Assembly (NCBI GenBank): GCA_964252075.1
Contig: CAXULY010000004.1
Coordinates: 32,001-96,000 of the forward strand
Source of the DNA: an uncultured Deinococcaceae bacterium
GTDB taxonomy: Bacteria; Deinococcota; Deinococci; Deinococcales; Deinococcaceae
Reading direction: 5' to 3'
Length of the DNA: 64,000 bases
The notes beneath the pieces were generated by a model. That model made no database searches. It saw nothing but the letters and a program-made list of their open reading frames with translations, and was not told the DNA's origin. Position numbers and translations under genes: made by a program. Positions 13,883 to 23,909 of the stretch are shown here, in pieces; within the stretch, counting starts at the first letter, position 1; every line of letters begins with the position of its first letter.

Positions 13883-14749
13883 TCACTCCGCTGGCTCCTG
13901 TGCCTGGATGGCGCGCAGGGCCAGCGCGTAAGCGTCATTCTTACGCAAACCGCGCGACTGCAACAAGGCCCGGATCTCCCGCGCGCCCTGTCCCTGCGCC
14001 GCGAGGTCCTGCGCGAGCGCCGCCCAGTCGGGCTCGTCCGCCTGCGCCTCCCCTTCCGGGCGGCCCTCCACCACCACCACGATCTCACCGCGCACGCCGT
14101 CCTCGAAGCGCGCGGCGAGTTCCGCGAGGGGGCCGCGCGCCGTCTCCTCGAACTTCTTGCTCAGTTCACGCGTCACGCTCGCGCGCCGCCCCTCCCCGCA
14201 CACCCCCGCGAGGTCCAGCAGGGTCGCGGCGAGGCGGTGCGGGCTCTCGTACAGCACGCTGGTCTCCGCGCGCGCCGCGACCGCCGCGAGGCGCTCCCGG
14301 CGCTCACGCCCCGCGCGCGGCAGGAAGCCCTCGAAGGTGAAGCGCGCCGTGCTGAGGCCCGACAGCACCAGCGCGGGCACGAACGCCGTCGGGCCCGGCA
14401 GCACCTCCACGGGGATGTCCAGATTCACCGCGAGGCGCACGAGTTCCGCACCGGGGTCCGAGATGCCGGGCGTGCCCGCGTCCGACACGTACGCGAGGCG
14501 CGGGTGGCGCGCCAGCACCTCCGGCGCGCGGTTCATGGTGTGCGCGTCCAGCCGCACCAGAGGCTTGTGAATGCCCAGGTGCGTCAGGAGTCCCTGCGTG
14601 CGGCGCGTGTCCTCGCACGCCACCGCGTCCGCCGCGCGCAGCACCTCCGCCGCGCGCACCGTCAGGTCCCCGAGGTTGCCCACTGGGGTGGGCACCAGCC
14701 ACAGGCGCGCCTGCGCCGCATGAGCGTCCGCGTTCGGGCCCTCAGTCTC
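13883..14749 (-). CDS. rsmI: 16S rRNA C1402 2'-O-methyltransferase; start codon uncertain
   Basis: [45 protein letters not shown]; no ATG/GTG/TTG upstream of the first conserved strand. Confidence 0.9.
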   Translation of the reverse strand, partial: ETEGPNADAHAAQARLWLVPTPVGNLGDLTVRAAEVLRAADAVACEDTRRTQGLLTHLGIHKPLVRLDAHTMNRAPEVLARHPRLAYVSDAGTPGISDPGAELVRLAVNLDIPVEVLPGPTAFVPALVLSGLSTARFTFEGFLPRAGRERRERLAAVAARAETSVLYESPHRLAATLLDLAGVCGEGRRASVTRELSKKFEETARGPLAELAARFEDGVRGEIVVVVEGRPEGEAQADEPDWAALAQDLAAQGQGAREIRALLQSRGLRKNDAYALALRAIQAQEPAE

Positions 14750-14963
14750 CCGGAGCGGAATGGCCCTCGCCCTCCAGCATCAGGCCCGGCGTCGCGGGCT
14801 TCAGGCGCACGCGCACCTTGCGCGGTCGGTTCAGCGCGCTCGCGATGGTCGCGCGCAGCAACTCCGCCTCACCGACCGTCACGGTCACCACCGTACCTTC
14901 CGGCAGGCGGGTGCCGACCAGCACCACCACGCCGTCCTCAATCACGCCCTTGTATGCCCTCAT
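14742..14963 (-). CDS. Small hypothetical protein, beta-rich N-terminus
   Basis: 73 aa MRAYKGVIEDGVVVL..., GAGGTGA RBS. Confidence 0.75.
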   Translation of the reverse strand: MRAYKGVIEDGVVVLVGTRLPEGTVVTVTVGEAELLRATIASALNRPRKVRVRLKPATPGLMLEGEGHSAPGD

Positions 14964-14966
14964 GCT

Positions 14967-15416
14967 TCACCTCGCGTCCTGCTGGGCCGCACCGGAAGGC
15001 TGAGTCCCCCGGCCCGCCCGCCTCAGCTGCGCGGCCAGTCTGGCGCGCAACGCCTCCATGTGATGTGCCTCAACGCCCGGCACGCAGGCGTACCGTTCCA
15101 GAATGTCCAGCGCCGCGCGGCGCCGCCCCAGCCGCAACAGCAGCAGGCTGAGGTGCTCGCCCTCCATATGGTACGACGCGGCGTCCGTGGGCGCCGCCTC
15201 CACCTGGGCGAGACCTGCGGCCACGCGCGCCGAGAGGTGCTGATACCAGCTCACCCGCCAGCGGATCAGCATGCCCGCCAGCACCAGCAGGCCCAGCGCC
15301 GACAGGGCGCTCGCACTCAGCGCGAGCGGCACCTCGAAGCGACTCGCAACCCGCACGGCCAGCGGAAAGAAGAACGCCAGCACCACCAGCACCGCCAGCG
15401 TCGCGGCGTAATTCAC
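14967..15416 (-). CDS. Hypothetical membrane protein with short TPR-like tail
   Basis: Two hydrophobic helices from VNYAATLAV; start uncertain. Confidence 0.6.
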   Translation of the reverse strand: MNYAATLAVLVVLAFFFPLAVRVASRFEVPLALSASALSALGLLVLAGMLIRWRVSWYQHLSARVAAGLAQVEAAPTDAASYHMEGEHLSLLLLRLGRRRAALDILERYACVPGVEAHHMEALRARLAAQLRRAGRGTQPSGAAQQDAR

Positions 15417-15549
15417 GCGCGCCCCCGGGCGCCGCACGCGCGCCACGGTGACCGGCGGGAGCGAAACATGGCGACAGTGTACGGCGCACGCCGCCCGAAT
15501 GGGCAGCTTTGAACTCATTTCGCGCGCCCAGGGCCGCTACAGTGACCGC

Positions 15550-15990
15550 ATGCGCCTGCACGTCATCACCGTCGGCGAGCCGAAACTGGCGTACGCCCGC
15601 GCGGGCTGGGACGAGTACGCCAAGCGCCTCGGGCGCTACCACAAACTGCGCGCCACGCACCTGCCCGGCGGCGGACCGGACCGCGAGGGCCCCGCCATCC
15701 TGCGCGCCGCCGCGCCCGCCCCCCTCATCGCGCTCGACCCGCGCGGCCCGCAGATGAGCAGCGAGGAACTCGCGGCCTTCCTGGACCGCATGGCGCTCGA
15801 TGGGCACGGCGAACTCGCCTTCTGCATCGGCGGGCCGGACGGCCTCTCGCAGGCGGTGCGGGACGGCGCGCACCGCCTGCTGGGCCTCTCGCGCCTCACG
15901 CTGCCACACGACCTCGCGATGGTGGTGCTGCTCGAAGCGCTGTACCGGGCGGGCAGCATCCAGCAGGGCTCACCCTACCACCGCGCGTAA
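15550..15990 (+). CDS. rlmH: 23S rRNA m3-pseudouridine-1915 methyltransferase
   Basis: ALDPRG, FCIGGPDG, LSRLTLPH, EALYRA...PYHR. Confidence 0.93.
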   Translation: MRLHVITVGEPKLAYARAGWDEYAKRLGRYHKLRATHLPGGGPDREGPAILRAAAPAPLIALDPRGPQMSSEELAAFLDRMALDGHGELAFCIGGPDGLSQAVRDGAHRLLGLSRLTLPHDLAMVVLLEALYRAGSIQQGSPYHRA

Positions 15991-16035
15991 ACGCGGGCGC
16001 CCCACGAAGGGACGCCCGCGCTCAGTTCACTCGGG

Positions 16036-17397
16036 TCAGCCGCCCGTGGAGGTGCCGTCCGTGGACGTCCCGTCGGAGGACGTGCCGTCCGTCGAGGTGC
16101 CCGTGGTGTCGGTGGACGTGCCGGTGTCGGTCGTGGTGTCGCTGGCCGACGCGCCATCCGTGGAGGTGCCGTCGGTGGAGGTGCTGTCCGTCGGCGTGGC
16201 GGTGTCCGTGCTGGTCGAATCGCCCGAGGTGCTCGTGTCGGTGCTGGTCGAGTCGGTGGAGGTGGTGTCCGTCGTGCTCGCGCCCGTGGTCGAGGTATCA
16301 TCGCTGGGCGCCGTGCTGGCCGGAGCGGCGACCGGGAGGGCCGTCGAGGGGTCGCGGCCCACGCGCACGATGGTGAGGCCCAGCATCTGCGAGACGTCCA
16401 CGTTCACGCGCTCGCCGTTGCGCTCCAGCGTCACGGTCTGCGTGCCGCCGTCACTGCTGGGGGTGGTCGCCACGGTGCTGGTCGTGGCCGCCGTGCCGGT
16501 GCTGCTGGCGGCGTCCGTGGCGGCGGTGGTGCTGGTGTCGGTCGAGGTGGCGTCGGTGGCGGTCGTGTCGGTGCTGGCCGCGTCGCTGGTGCCCGTGGTG
16601 TCCGTCGTGGTGGTGTCGGTGGCGGTGCCCGCGTCACTCGTGCCCGTCGTGTCGGTCGCGGTGGCGTCCGTGCTGGTGCCGCTCGTGTCCGTGGACGTGG
16701 TGTCCGTCGTGCTGGTCGCGTCCGTCGCCGTGGTGGCATCGGTGCTGGTCGCATCCGTGCTGGTGGCGTCCGTCGTGCCCGCGTCGCTCGTGCCCGTCGT
16801 GTCGGTCGAGGTGGCGTCGGTGCTGGTGGCGTCGGTGCTGGTGGCGTCGGTGGCGGTCGTGTCGGTGCTGGCCGCGTCGCTGGTGCCCGTGGTGTCCGTC
16901 GTGGTGGTGTCGGTGGCGGTGCCCGCGTCACTCGTGCCCGTCGTGTCGGTCGCGGTGGCGTCCGTGCTGGTGCCGCTCGTGTCCGTGGACGTGGTGTCCG
17001 CCGTGCTGGTCGCGTCCGTCGCCGTGGTGTCCGTGGAGGAGGAAGTGTCGGTGCTGGCCGCGGCGGCGCTGGCATCCACCGGCTGGAAGCCCTGCGCCTG
17101 CAGCTGCTGCACGGTGTCGTTCAGCGCGTTCGGCAGGGCGCCCTGGTACACCACCACGCCGCCGAGCACGGTGGGCTGGGCGCGCAGGACGGTCGCGCCG
17201 CTCAGGGTGGGGAACGCCAGGTTGCCTGAAGGAAGCTGGACCTGCAGGGCCGAGGTGTCCACCGGGGCGGTCGTTGCCGTGCTGGTGTCGCTGCTGCCCG
17301 TGGTGCTGGTCCCCGTGGTGCTGTCCTGCGCCGCCGCCATTCCGAGACTCAGGAACAGGGTGGCTGTCAGAACGTTGGACCGAATGCTTTTAAACAT
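16036..17397 (-). CDS. Secreted Thr/Asp/Ser-rich low-complexity protein
   Basis: Signal peptide ending GMAAA-QD; AAGGAGGA RBS; long T/D/S/G repeats. Confidence 0.85.
   Translation of the reverse strand: MFKSIRSNVLTATLFLSLGMAAAQDSTTGTSTTGSSDTSTATTAPVDTSALQVQLPSGNLAFPTLSGATVLRAQPTVLGGVVVYQGALPNALNDTVQQLQAQGFQPVDASAAAASTDTSSSTDTTATDATSTADTTSTDTSGTSTDATATDTTGTSDAGTATDTTTTDTTGTSDAASTDTTATDATSTDATSTDATSTDTTGTSDAGTTDATSTDATSTDATTATDATSTTDTTSTDTSGTSTDATATDTTGTSDAGTATDTTTTDTTGTSDAASTDTTATDATSTDTSTTAATDAASSTGTAATTSTVATTPSSDGGTQTVTLERNGERVNVDVSQMLGLTIVRVGRDPSTALPVAAPASTAPSDDTSTTGASTTDTTSTDSTSTDTSTSGDSTSTDTATPTDSTSTDGTSTDGASASDTTTDTGTSTDTTGTSTDGTSSDGTSTDGTSTGG
16546..17029. repeat. Intragenic near-perfect direct repeat of about 190 bp, 294-bp offset
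   Basis: GTCGGTGCTGGCCGCGTCGCTGGTGCCCGTGGTG... starts at both 16567 and 16861; boundaries approximate. Confidence 0.85.
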
Positions 17398-17733
17398 GCA
17401 CTTCCTCCTTTGGCCTGCGGGAAGGGGGCCCGGACCCGCGCCTCACCTTCCCTTCCGGTTGATGAGTGTATGACCGCCCGATGTGGGTCTCGGGGCAAGT
17501 CGCCCAAATGGTCTTTTGGACAGTCTCATGAAATTCTCTGAATGCGAAAAACCAGACGCCGCACGCCGGGCTCCTTGAGCAGGGAGTGTGGCGAAAAACT
17601 GGCTCCTGCGGCTCAAGAACGAATTATGAGCGTCGGGTGCGCCTTCTCATTGCAGCATTTCAGGAGAGCGTGGCGCGGCGCACACACTCATGAAAAAGCT
17701 CGCCTGCCGTGTCGGCGGCCGTTCAAACGACGC

Positions 17734-18279
17734 TCAGTCGGCCGCGACCTGCAGGGCGTTCATGAGCCGCACGAAGGCCTGCGCCGTGACGCGCACATCT
17801 CCCATGCTGCGGTGCCGTCCACCCTCCTCGAACTCCAGGCCGAGGCGCTGCGCGAGCAGGTCCAGCTTGTGGCTGCGCTCGCCAGGGAAGGCGCGGCGGG
17901 AGAGCTGCATGGTGCACAGCTCGGCGCGCGGCGTCCAGAGGAGCCCCGCGCGTTTCGCGGCGGTCCGCATGAAGCCCGTGTCGAAGCTCGCGTTGTGGGC
18001 CACGACCGCCGAATCGCCCACGAACTTCAGGAAGTCGGGGAGCAGTTCGTCCATGGTGGGCGCGCCTGCCACGTGGCGGTCCGTGATGCCGTGAATGCGG
18101 GACACGCGCCACGGGATGCTGAGCACCTGCCCGCCCTCCGCGGTGGGTTTCACCAGGCTGTGGAACTGCTCGTCCTCGATGACCTCGCCGCCGCGCACGC
18201 GCAGCGCACCGATCTCCACGATGCCGTCCCGCTCTGGGGAGAGCCCGGTGGTCTCAAGGTCGAAGACGACGTAATCCAT
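17734..18279 (-). CDS. DEDDh 3'-5' exonuclease (DnaQ-like)
   Basis: [23 protein letters not shown]. Confidence 0.92.
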   Translation of the reverse strand: MDYVVFDLETTGLSPERDGIVEIGALRVRGGEVIEDEQFHSLVKPTAEGGQVLSIPWRVSRIHGITDRHVAGAPTMDELLPDFLKFVGDSAVVAHNASFDTGFMRTAAKRAGLLWTPRAELCTMQLSRRAFPGERSHKLDLLAQRLGLEFEEGGRHRSMGDVRVTAQAFVRLMNALQVAAD

Positions 18280-18328
18280 TTGTGCGCCTCAGCGTAGCAG
18301 AGACGGCGGGCGGTGCGCCCTGCGCGGA

Positions 18329-18823
18329 TCACCAGCCCATGGTGCCGGGCTCGCCCTTGAAGGGCCCCACCACGTCGCGCGTGATCCATCCGCCGTAAAA
18401 GTTGCCGGGTTGCGGCGTGACGGTCTCGCCGTCCACCGCGCAGCGGTCCACGCGGCCCGCGTACAGCGCGATGTGCCCCGCGATGGGCGCGAAGTCCGGC
18501 GTGGGGTGCTCGTAACTCCACGCGGCGCCCGGCGCAGTCCGTCCGCCTGCCGTGAGGCTCCAGTAGCTCGCGCGGCCCTTCCACTCGCACACGCTGGCGC
18601 CCGGCGCGGGCGTGAGGACGCCCGGCAGGAAGTCCGCGCGGGGAATGTAGTAACCGGGCGGGTGGCTGGTTTCCAGCACCCGGTACGCGCCCGTGCTGTC
18701 CGCGATCTTCACGCCGCCCAGCCACACCTCGATGCGTTTCTCCGTGCGTTCCAGGCGCGGTGGGCGCGGGTAGTCCCACACGGACTCCTGGCCGGGAGCG
18801 GGCGGGATGGGGCGCGGCCTCAC
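18329..18823 (-). CDS. DUF427 domain protein
   Basis: [40 protein letters not shown] overlaps the topIB stop. Confidence 0.88.
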   Translation of the reverse strand: MRPRPIPPAPGQESVWDYPRPPRLERTEKRIEVWLGGVKIADSTGAYRVLETSHPPGYYIPRADFLPGVLTPAPGASVCEWKGRASYWSLTAGGRTAPGAAWSYEHPTPDFAPIAGHIALYAGRVDRCAVDGETVTPQPGNFYGGWITRDVVGPFKGEPGTMGW

Positions 18824-19869
18824 GCGGCCTTCCGGCTGCGGCTGGCGCGCGCACGCAGGGCGGGCTCGGAGTCCAGCATGCGCTTGAGGGCCGCCTCCGA
18901 GCGGCTGAGGCCCTCCAGGGCGGGCGGCAGCCGACCCGCGCGCGGCTCGTAGTCGTCCAGCACCTTGCCCTCCAGGTAGCGGTCGAAGATGACGGGGCAC
19001 ACGTAGTGCGCGCGCGTCACGGCGGGCGTGTTCCCGAGGTCCTCCGCGACGGCCTTCACGCATGACACGAGGTGCTTGCGGGCGGCGCGCTCACTGTCCG
19101 CCACGCCGACTTCCGCGAGGTACTCGGCGGCGAGGAGCGTACCACCCCACGTGCGGAAGTCCTTCGCGGTGAAGGGCCCGATCAGTTCCCGCAGGTAGGC
19201 GTTCAGCTCCGGCGCGTGAATGCGGCGGCGCGCGCCGTCCTCCACCGCCTGGAAGAGCCACGGGCCAGGGAGTTCCAGCAGGCGCTCGATGAGCTTCGCG
19301 ATGGTGCGGTCCACGATGGTCTTGTGCTGCACGATGCCGTGCTTGCCCTTGAAGTGGAAGGTCACGCTGCTGCCCTCCACCCGCACGTGCCGCTGGCGCA
19401 GCGTGGAGAGGCCGTAGGTCTTGTGGTCGCGGGCGTAGGCGTCGCTGCCCACCCGGAAGCGCGCGACGTGCAGCAGGCGCGTCATGATCGCCATGACTTT
19501 GCGGGGCGGCAACTCCTGGCGGCGCAGGTCGCTGGCGGTGAGGGCGCGCAGTTCCGCGAGGGTGCCCGCGAAGCGCGCGAGGCGCTGCCACTTGCGCAGC
19601 GCGCCCGCCTGCAGGAAGTCCGGGTGGTAACGGTACTGCAACCGGCCCGCCGCGTCCCGCCCGAAGGCCTGCAGTTCCGCGTCCGGGTCCGGGGAGACGA
19701 ACACGTCCTGGTACGCGGGCGGCACGGCGAGGCCCGCGATGCGCGCGATGCCTTCGGTGTCCTCGTAAGGGGTGCCGTCCGGCCAGAAGTACCGGAAGGC
19801 GTCGGGCTTGTCGCCCTCGCGCCGCAGGTACTCGTCCTGCAGCATGGTCGTGCGGGGGACGGTGGTCAC
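18820..19869 (-). CDS. Bacterial DNA topoisomerase IB
   Basis: [43 protein letters not shown]. Confidence 0.94.
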   Translation of the reverse strand: MTTVPRTTMLQDEYLRREGDKPDAFRYFWPDGTPYEDTEGIARIAGLAVPPAYQDVFVSPDPDAELQAFGRDAAGRLQYRYHPDFLQAGALRKWQRLARFAGTLAELRALTASDLRRQELPPRKVMAIMTRLLHVARFRVGSDAYARDHKTYGLSTLRQRHVRVEGSSVTFHFKGKHGIVQHKTIVDRTIAKLIERLLELPGPWLFQAVEDGARRRIHAPELNAYLRELIGPFTAKDFRTWGGTLLAAEYLAEVGVADSERAARKHLVSCVKAVAEDLGNTPAVTRAHYVCPVIFDRYLEGKVLDDYEPRAGRLPPALEGLSRSEAALKRMLDSEPALRARASRSRKAA

Positions 19870-20585
19870 GCGAGCACCTCCGCGTGCAGGGGCAGCTGCC
19901 AGTCGATGGGGTCCTCACCCGCCGCTTCCAGCGCGGCGTTCACCTGACTGAAGGGGCGGGTGCCCAGGAACTTCGCGACGCTCAGCGGACTGGGGTGCGC
20001 GCTCTCGATGATGGTGTGCTGCGCGCCCGTCACGAGTTTGGCCTTCTTGCGGGCGTACGCGCCCCACAGCACGAACACCACCCGCTGGGGCTTGTCGTTC
20101 AGGGCGCGAATCACGGCGTCCGTGAAGGCCTCCCAGCCGTGCCCGGCGTGGCTGTTCGGCTCGGCCTGCCGGACGGTCAGCACGGCGTTCAGGAGCAGCA
20201 CGCCCTGACTCGCCCAGTGCGCGAGGTAGCCGTGGCGCGGCGGCGTGAAGCCGGGAATGTCGGTTTTCAGTTCCTTGTAGATGTTCTGCAGGCTGGGCGG
20301 CGGGCGCACGCCCGGCTGCACGCTGAACGCCAGCCCGTGCGCCTGACCGGGACCGTGGTACGGGTCCTGCCCGAGAATCAGCACCTTCGCGTCCGCGTAC
20401 GGGGTGAGGCGCAGGGCGTTGAAGACCTCCTCCTCGGGCGGGAAGACGGTGTGCTGCGCGCGTTCCTGCGCCACGAACTCGCGCAGGGCCGCGAACGCCG
20501 GCGTCTCCGTCACGGGCGTCAGCAGCTCACGCCAGCCGTCGGGCACCGCCGGGAAGGGCGGCGCCTGCTCCCGGGGCGCGCTCAC
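19866..20585 (-). CDS. ung: Uracil-DNA glycosylase, family 1
   Basis: GQDPYH, PPSLQN, LLLN, HPSPLS. Confidence 0.96.
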   Translation of the reverse strand: MSAPREQAPPFPAVPDGWRELLTPVTETPAFAALREFVAQERAQHTVFPPEEEVFNALRLTPYADAKVLILGQDPYHGPGQAHGLAFSVQPGVRPPPSLQNIYKELKTDIPGFTPPRHGYLAHWASQGVLLLNAVLTVRQAEPNSHAGHGWEAFTDAVIRALNDKPQRVVFVLWGAYARKKAKLVTGAQHTIIESAHPSPLSVAKFLGTRPFSQVNAALEAAGEDPIDWQLPLHAEVLA

Positions 20586-21502
20586 GCCGCGCCGCCCGCG
20601 CGCCACGCGCGCAGGTGCTCGATGGCCTGCTCCTTGCCCTTGGCCTCCACCTCAATCCACGGCACGTCGTCGTACGCGCTGGGGAAGGCGGAGATCAGGT
20701 CGCTGTGCTTGCGGTCGCCCGGCCCCGCCACCCCGTTCGAGAGGTGCACCACCTGCCACTCCGGCGGGCTCCAGGTGGCGCGCGCCGCAAGCGTCCACTC
20801 GCGCACGCTGGGGTCGTCGAAGTCCGCGAGGCGGTCGTGCACCACGTGGTGGTGCGCGTCGAAGACCAGCGGCACGTTCGCGGCCTGACAGACGGGCAGC
20901 AGGTCGGCGGGGCCGAAGGCGCGCTCGTCGTTCTCCAGCGCGAGGCGCGTGCGCGCCTGCGGCGGCAGGGCCAGGATGGCGTCCAGCAGTTCCTGCGGGC
21001 GCCCGCCCTTCCCGCCGTGCAGGATGATGGTGTTCCAGGTGCTGCGCTCGAAACCCATGCGGTCCATCACGTCCGCGTGAAACATCAGGGCCTGCACGCT
21101 GTTCGCCGCAACCTGGGGCGACACGCTGTTCAGCACGATGAACTGGTCCGGGTGAATGAGGACCCGCACGCCCAGCGCGCGCGCCGACTCGCCCACCCGC
21201 GCGAGTTCCGGCGCGAGGGACGCCAGCACGCCCGCCCCCACCCCGTCCTCCAGGTCCCCGATGGGGAACAGCGCGGCGGACATGCGGTACAGCCGGATGC
21301 CGCGCGCCTCGCAGTACGTCAGGGCGTTCATGAGGCGACCCAGGTTGTCGCGGTACAGCGCCTCCAGGGTGGGGGCGCGCTCCTCCTCGGGCAGCATCCG
21401 GTAGCGCGTGAGGGTGATGGTGCGGAAGCGCACCTCCGGCCCGATGGTCATGCACACCAGCCCCAGTTCGGGGTTCGCGGCGTTCAGCTGCGGGTCAGTC
21501 AC
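20582..21502 (-). CDS. uvsE: UV damage endonuclease
   Basis: LGLVC, IRLYR, HPDQF, LENDE, FDAHHH, HLSNG, EAKGKE. Confidence 0.93.
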   Translation of the reverse strand: MTDPQLNAANPELGLVCMTIGPEVRFRTITLTRYRMLPEEERAPTLEALYRDNLGRLMNALTYCEARGIRLYRMSAALFPIGDLEDGVGAGVLASLAPELARVGESARALGVRVLIHPDQFIVLNSVSPQVAANSVQALMFHADVMDRMGFERSTWNTIILHGGKGGRPQELLDAILALPPQARTRLALENDERAFGPADLLPVCQAANVPLVFDAHHHVVHDRLADFDDPSVREWTLAARATWSPPEWQVVHLSNGVAGPGDRKHSDLISAFPSAYDDVPWIEVEAKGKEQAIEHLRAWRAGGAA

Positions 21503-22046
21503 GCTGCACCTTCAGCTCCCCGCGCTCCACCCGCTCCGCCTCCTCCGGGTAGCGCTCCTGCCACTTCTGCCAGCCCTCCTCCGGGTAGGCGCGCTTCGCT
21601 TCCGCCGCAAACAGCGCGGCGCCCTCGCGCTCCAGGTCCGGCACCGGGCAGGGCAGCACCTCCACGTCGCGCATGGCGGGGTGCTCGTTCCACGCGATCA
21701 GGCGGCCCGAGCCGCCCCACGGGTCATCGGTCGCCCACACGAGGCGCCCCACGCCCAGCATGGCGCTGCCCCCGCCGCACATCAGGCACGGCTCCAGGCT
21801 GGTGTACAGCGTGAGTTCCTGCGGGTTCTCCAGCTTGCCCACCTGGAAGAACAGGTCCATCTCGGCGTGCGCGACGGAGGCGTGCCCCACGTGCTCACCC
21901 GTCTGCGCTTCGCCCGTGCGGTTGCGCCCGCGCGCCACGATCTCGCCCGAGGCGTCCACCAGCACGGCCCCGACGGGCGAACTGCCCGCCGCGGTGCCCT
22001 CACGCGCGAGCCGCAGGGTCTCTCTGAGGTACTTGGCGTGATCCAT
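21495..22046 (-). CDS. Zn-dependent nucleoside/nucleotide deaminase (TadA/cytidine deaminase fold)
   Basis: [19 protein letters not shown]. Confidence 0.9.
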   Translation of the reverse strand: MDHAKYLRETLRLAREGTAAGSSPVGAVLVDASGEIVARGRNRTGEAQTGEHVGHASVAHAEMDLFFQVGKLENPQELTLYTSLEPCLMCGGGSAMLGVGRLVWATDDPWGGSGRLIAWNEHPAMRDVEVLPCPVPDLEREGAALFAAEAKRAYPEEGWQKWQERYPEEAERVERGELKVQRD

Positions 22047-22124
22047 GCCGTCAGCCTCGGCTGAAACAGCGCGGGAGATGGTGTGAAATGCGCGCAGGGA
22101 GCTTGAGAGTGCAGCGGTCGGCAC

Positions 22125-22628
22125 CTACAGAGCCGAGATGCCGATGGTCACCGTGGTGAAGTTGGGTGCACCTGGGAAGACCGCACAGACCAGCTCGGAG
22201 GTCCGGCCCGTCACGCTCCGGAAGCGCTGGCCCTCGTTGATCCGGTTCACGCTGGCATAGGCAGGGTTAACCCCGGACACGGCGGTTTCGGGCGACCGGC
22301 CACACGGCGCCAGCTGGCCGAGGCGCCGCCCGGCCAGCTGGCGCGCCAGCACGTCCGGCTCAGCCTTGCTGTCGGGCAGGTTCAGCACCGCGTTCAGGCT
22401 GGGCCCGCCGCGTCCGCCGCTGCTCACGTGCAGCACGCCAGCGAGGGCGTCCAGGCGGTACAGCCAGACGGTGTGGCCGCGCTCGTGGCTCGTGCGCTCC
22501 AGCGAACACCGCGCCGCCCGGCAGAAGGCGCTGCCCAGCAGCACCTTTGGCTCGGTGAACGCGTCTGGCGGGGGCGCCGCCAGGGCGAGGGACCACAGGG
22601 GCAGGGCCAGCAGCGGCCAGGGGCGCAT
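22125..22628 (-). CDS. Hypothetical secreted protein
   Basis: Signal peptide MRPWPLLALPLWSLALA, four Cys; TACGGT -10 upstream. Confidence 0.65.
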   Translation of the reverse strand: MRPWPLLALPLWSLALAAPPPDAFTEPKVLLGSAFCRAARCSLERTSHERGHTVWLYRLDALAGVLHVSSGGRGGPSLNAVLNLPDSKAEPDVLARQLAGRRLGQLAPCGRSPETAVSGVNPAYASVNRINEGQRFRSVTGRTSELVCAVFPGAPNFTTVTIGISAL

Positions 22629-22644
22629 GACTCCACCGTACCCC

Positions 22645-23496
22645 TCAGGGCAGCGGCAGGAACTCGAAGATGTGGCCGTCCGGGTCGCGCACCGCGAGGC
22701 CGCGCTCGTCGCGCAGGTGCGGCAGGCCCTCGGCCTTCACGAGGCGCGCCACGCGGTCCACGTCCGCGTAGAAGCGCACGGTGGCGTGGTCGCCGCCCTG
22801 CATGTCCGCAAGGCCCACCTGCGGGTCCCAGGCGTACAGCCAGCGCTGCGGGGTGCCGTTGCCGTCCTCGGCGGGCTGTGGGGCGAGCGTGAACTGCGCG
22901 AAGTCCCGGTCGTCCTGCTCCTTCGCGAAGGCGAGGCCGTAGGCGCGCGGCAGGCGCGCCTTCATGGCGGCGTAGTCCTTGAAGCCGAGCGCCACCTCGC
23001 GCAGGCCCAGCACGGGCAGGGTGTACTCGGCGTGCGGGCGGTCCTGCGCGCGCGGCGGGAAGTGCGACTGGCGCGCGTCATCGGGGTGCACGCCGCGCAA
23101 CTCCAGGCCGTGCCCGAAGGGGTCGAAGAAGTACAGGGTGGGGTCGGGCGGCCCTTCCCCCTGCGCCATGTCCACTTCCGTCCACTTGATGTCGTGGATC
23201 TCCAGCAGTTCGCGGCAGCGGTCGAGGTCCGTCATGAGGACCTGGAAGGCGAAGTGCAGGTGCGACGCGCCGCGCACGCCGAGCGGCGCGAGGCGCGCGT
23301 CATTGGCCTGCCGCGTGACGGGCCGCCACAGGCTGAGGGTCTGCCAGGGGTTCACCCGGAGGTCCGTCACGCCGCGCGCGTCATCGATGGTTTCGGTGGT
23401 GAGGCCCAGCACCTGCGTGTAGAAGCGGTGCGCGCGGCGCAGGTGGTGCACTTCCAGCGCCACGCCCGCGAGGTCCAGCACAGGAGAATCGGTCAC
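22645..23496 (-). CDS. Two-domain VOC/glyoxalase-family protein
   Basis: FYTQVLGL, HFAF, YFFDPFGHGLE, DPDGHIFEF. Confidence 0.85.
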   Translation of the reverse strand: MTDSPVLDLAGVALEVHHLRRAHRFYTQVLGLTTETIDDARGVTDLRVNPWQTLSLWRPVTRQANDARLAPLGVRGASHLHFAFQVLMTDLDRCRELLEIHDIKWTEVDMAQGEGPPDPTLYFFDPFGHGLELRGVHPDDARQSHFPPRAQDRPHAEYTLPVLGLREVALGFKDYAAMKARLPRAYGLAFAKEQDDRDFAQFTLAPQPAEDGNGTPQRWLYAWDPQVGLADMQGGDHATVRFYADVDRVARLVKAEGLPHLRDERGLAVRDPDGHIFEFLPLP

Positions 23497-23501
23497 GCGC
23501 T

Positions 23502-23792
23502 TCAGTCGTGCCCCACCACGGCGGCGCTGGCGTCCAGCGAACCCCCGAGGTGGTGGGCGTCCGTGTCGATCAGCCCCGCGAACCGCAGGTGCCGCTGGCA
23601 GATGAACCACAGCTCATCGCGGTCGTTCGCGAGGATGAAGTACGCGTCCGAGGTTTCCGAGGGGCTGTGCGCGCCCAGCACGCGGTACAGCTGCCCGTTG
23701 GAGAAGCCGCTCTCCAGGGGCCTCGGCACGGGCGAGCGCGGGCCCTCAAGCTGCTGCACGCGCACGAACATGTGGGGGTGAAACGCGATCAT
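23502..23792 (-). CDS. Small hypothetical protein
   Basis: 96 aa with coding-like codon bias, directly upstream of the VOC gene. Confidence 0.7.
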   Translation of the reverse strand: MIAFHPHMFVRVQQLEGPRSPVPRPLESGFSNGQLYRVLGAHSPSETSDAYFILANDRDELWFICQRHLRFAGLIDTDAHHLGGSLDASAAVVGHD

Positions 23793-23909
23793 GCCTCATC
23801 GTGGTCCTGATGGGTTTCCCTGAAGGGAGCGGATGCGACAAGCCTAAGCGCCGCTGAAGGGACGCTCAGGCTCAGCTGAAGGGAAGGGGCTGGTCGAGGC
23901 GCGTCCGTC

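Noticed and set aside
16546..17029. Repeats as a possible CRISPR array
   Set aside because: They are in-frame coding repeats with no unique spacers, and there are no cas genes.
15800..17473. 557-aa Val/Ser-rich plus-strand ORF
   Set aside because: Antisense mirror of the Thr-rich gene, which has the RBS and signal peptide.
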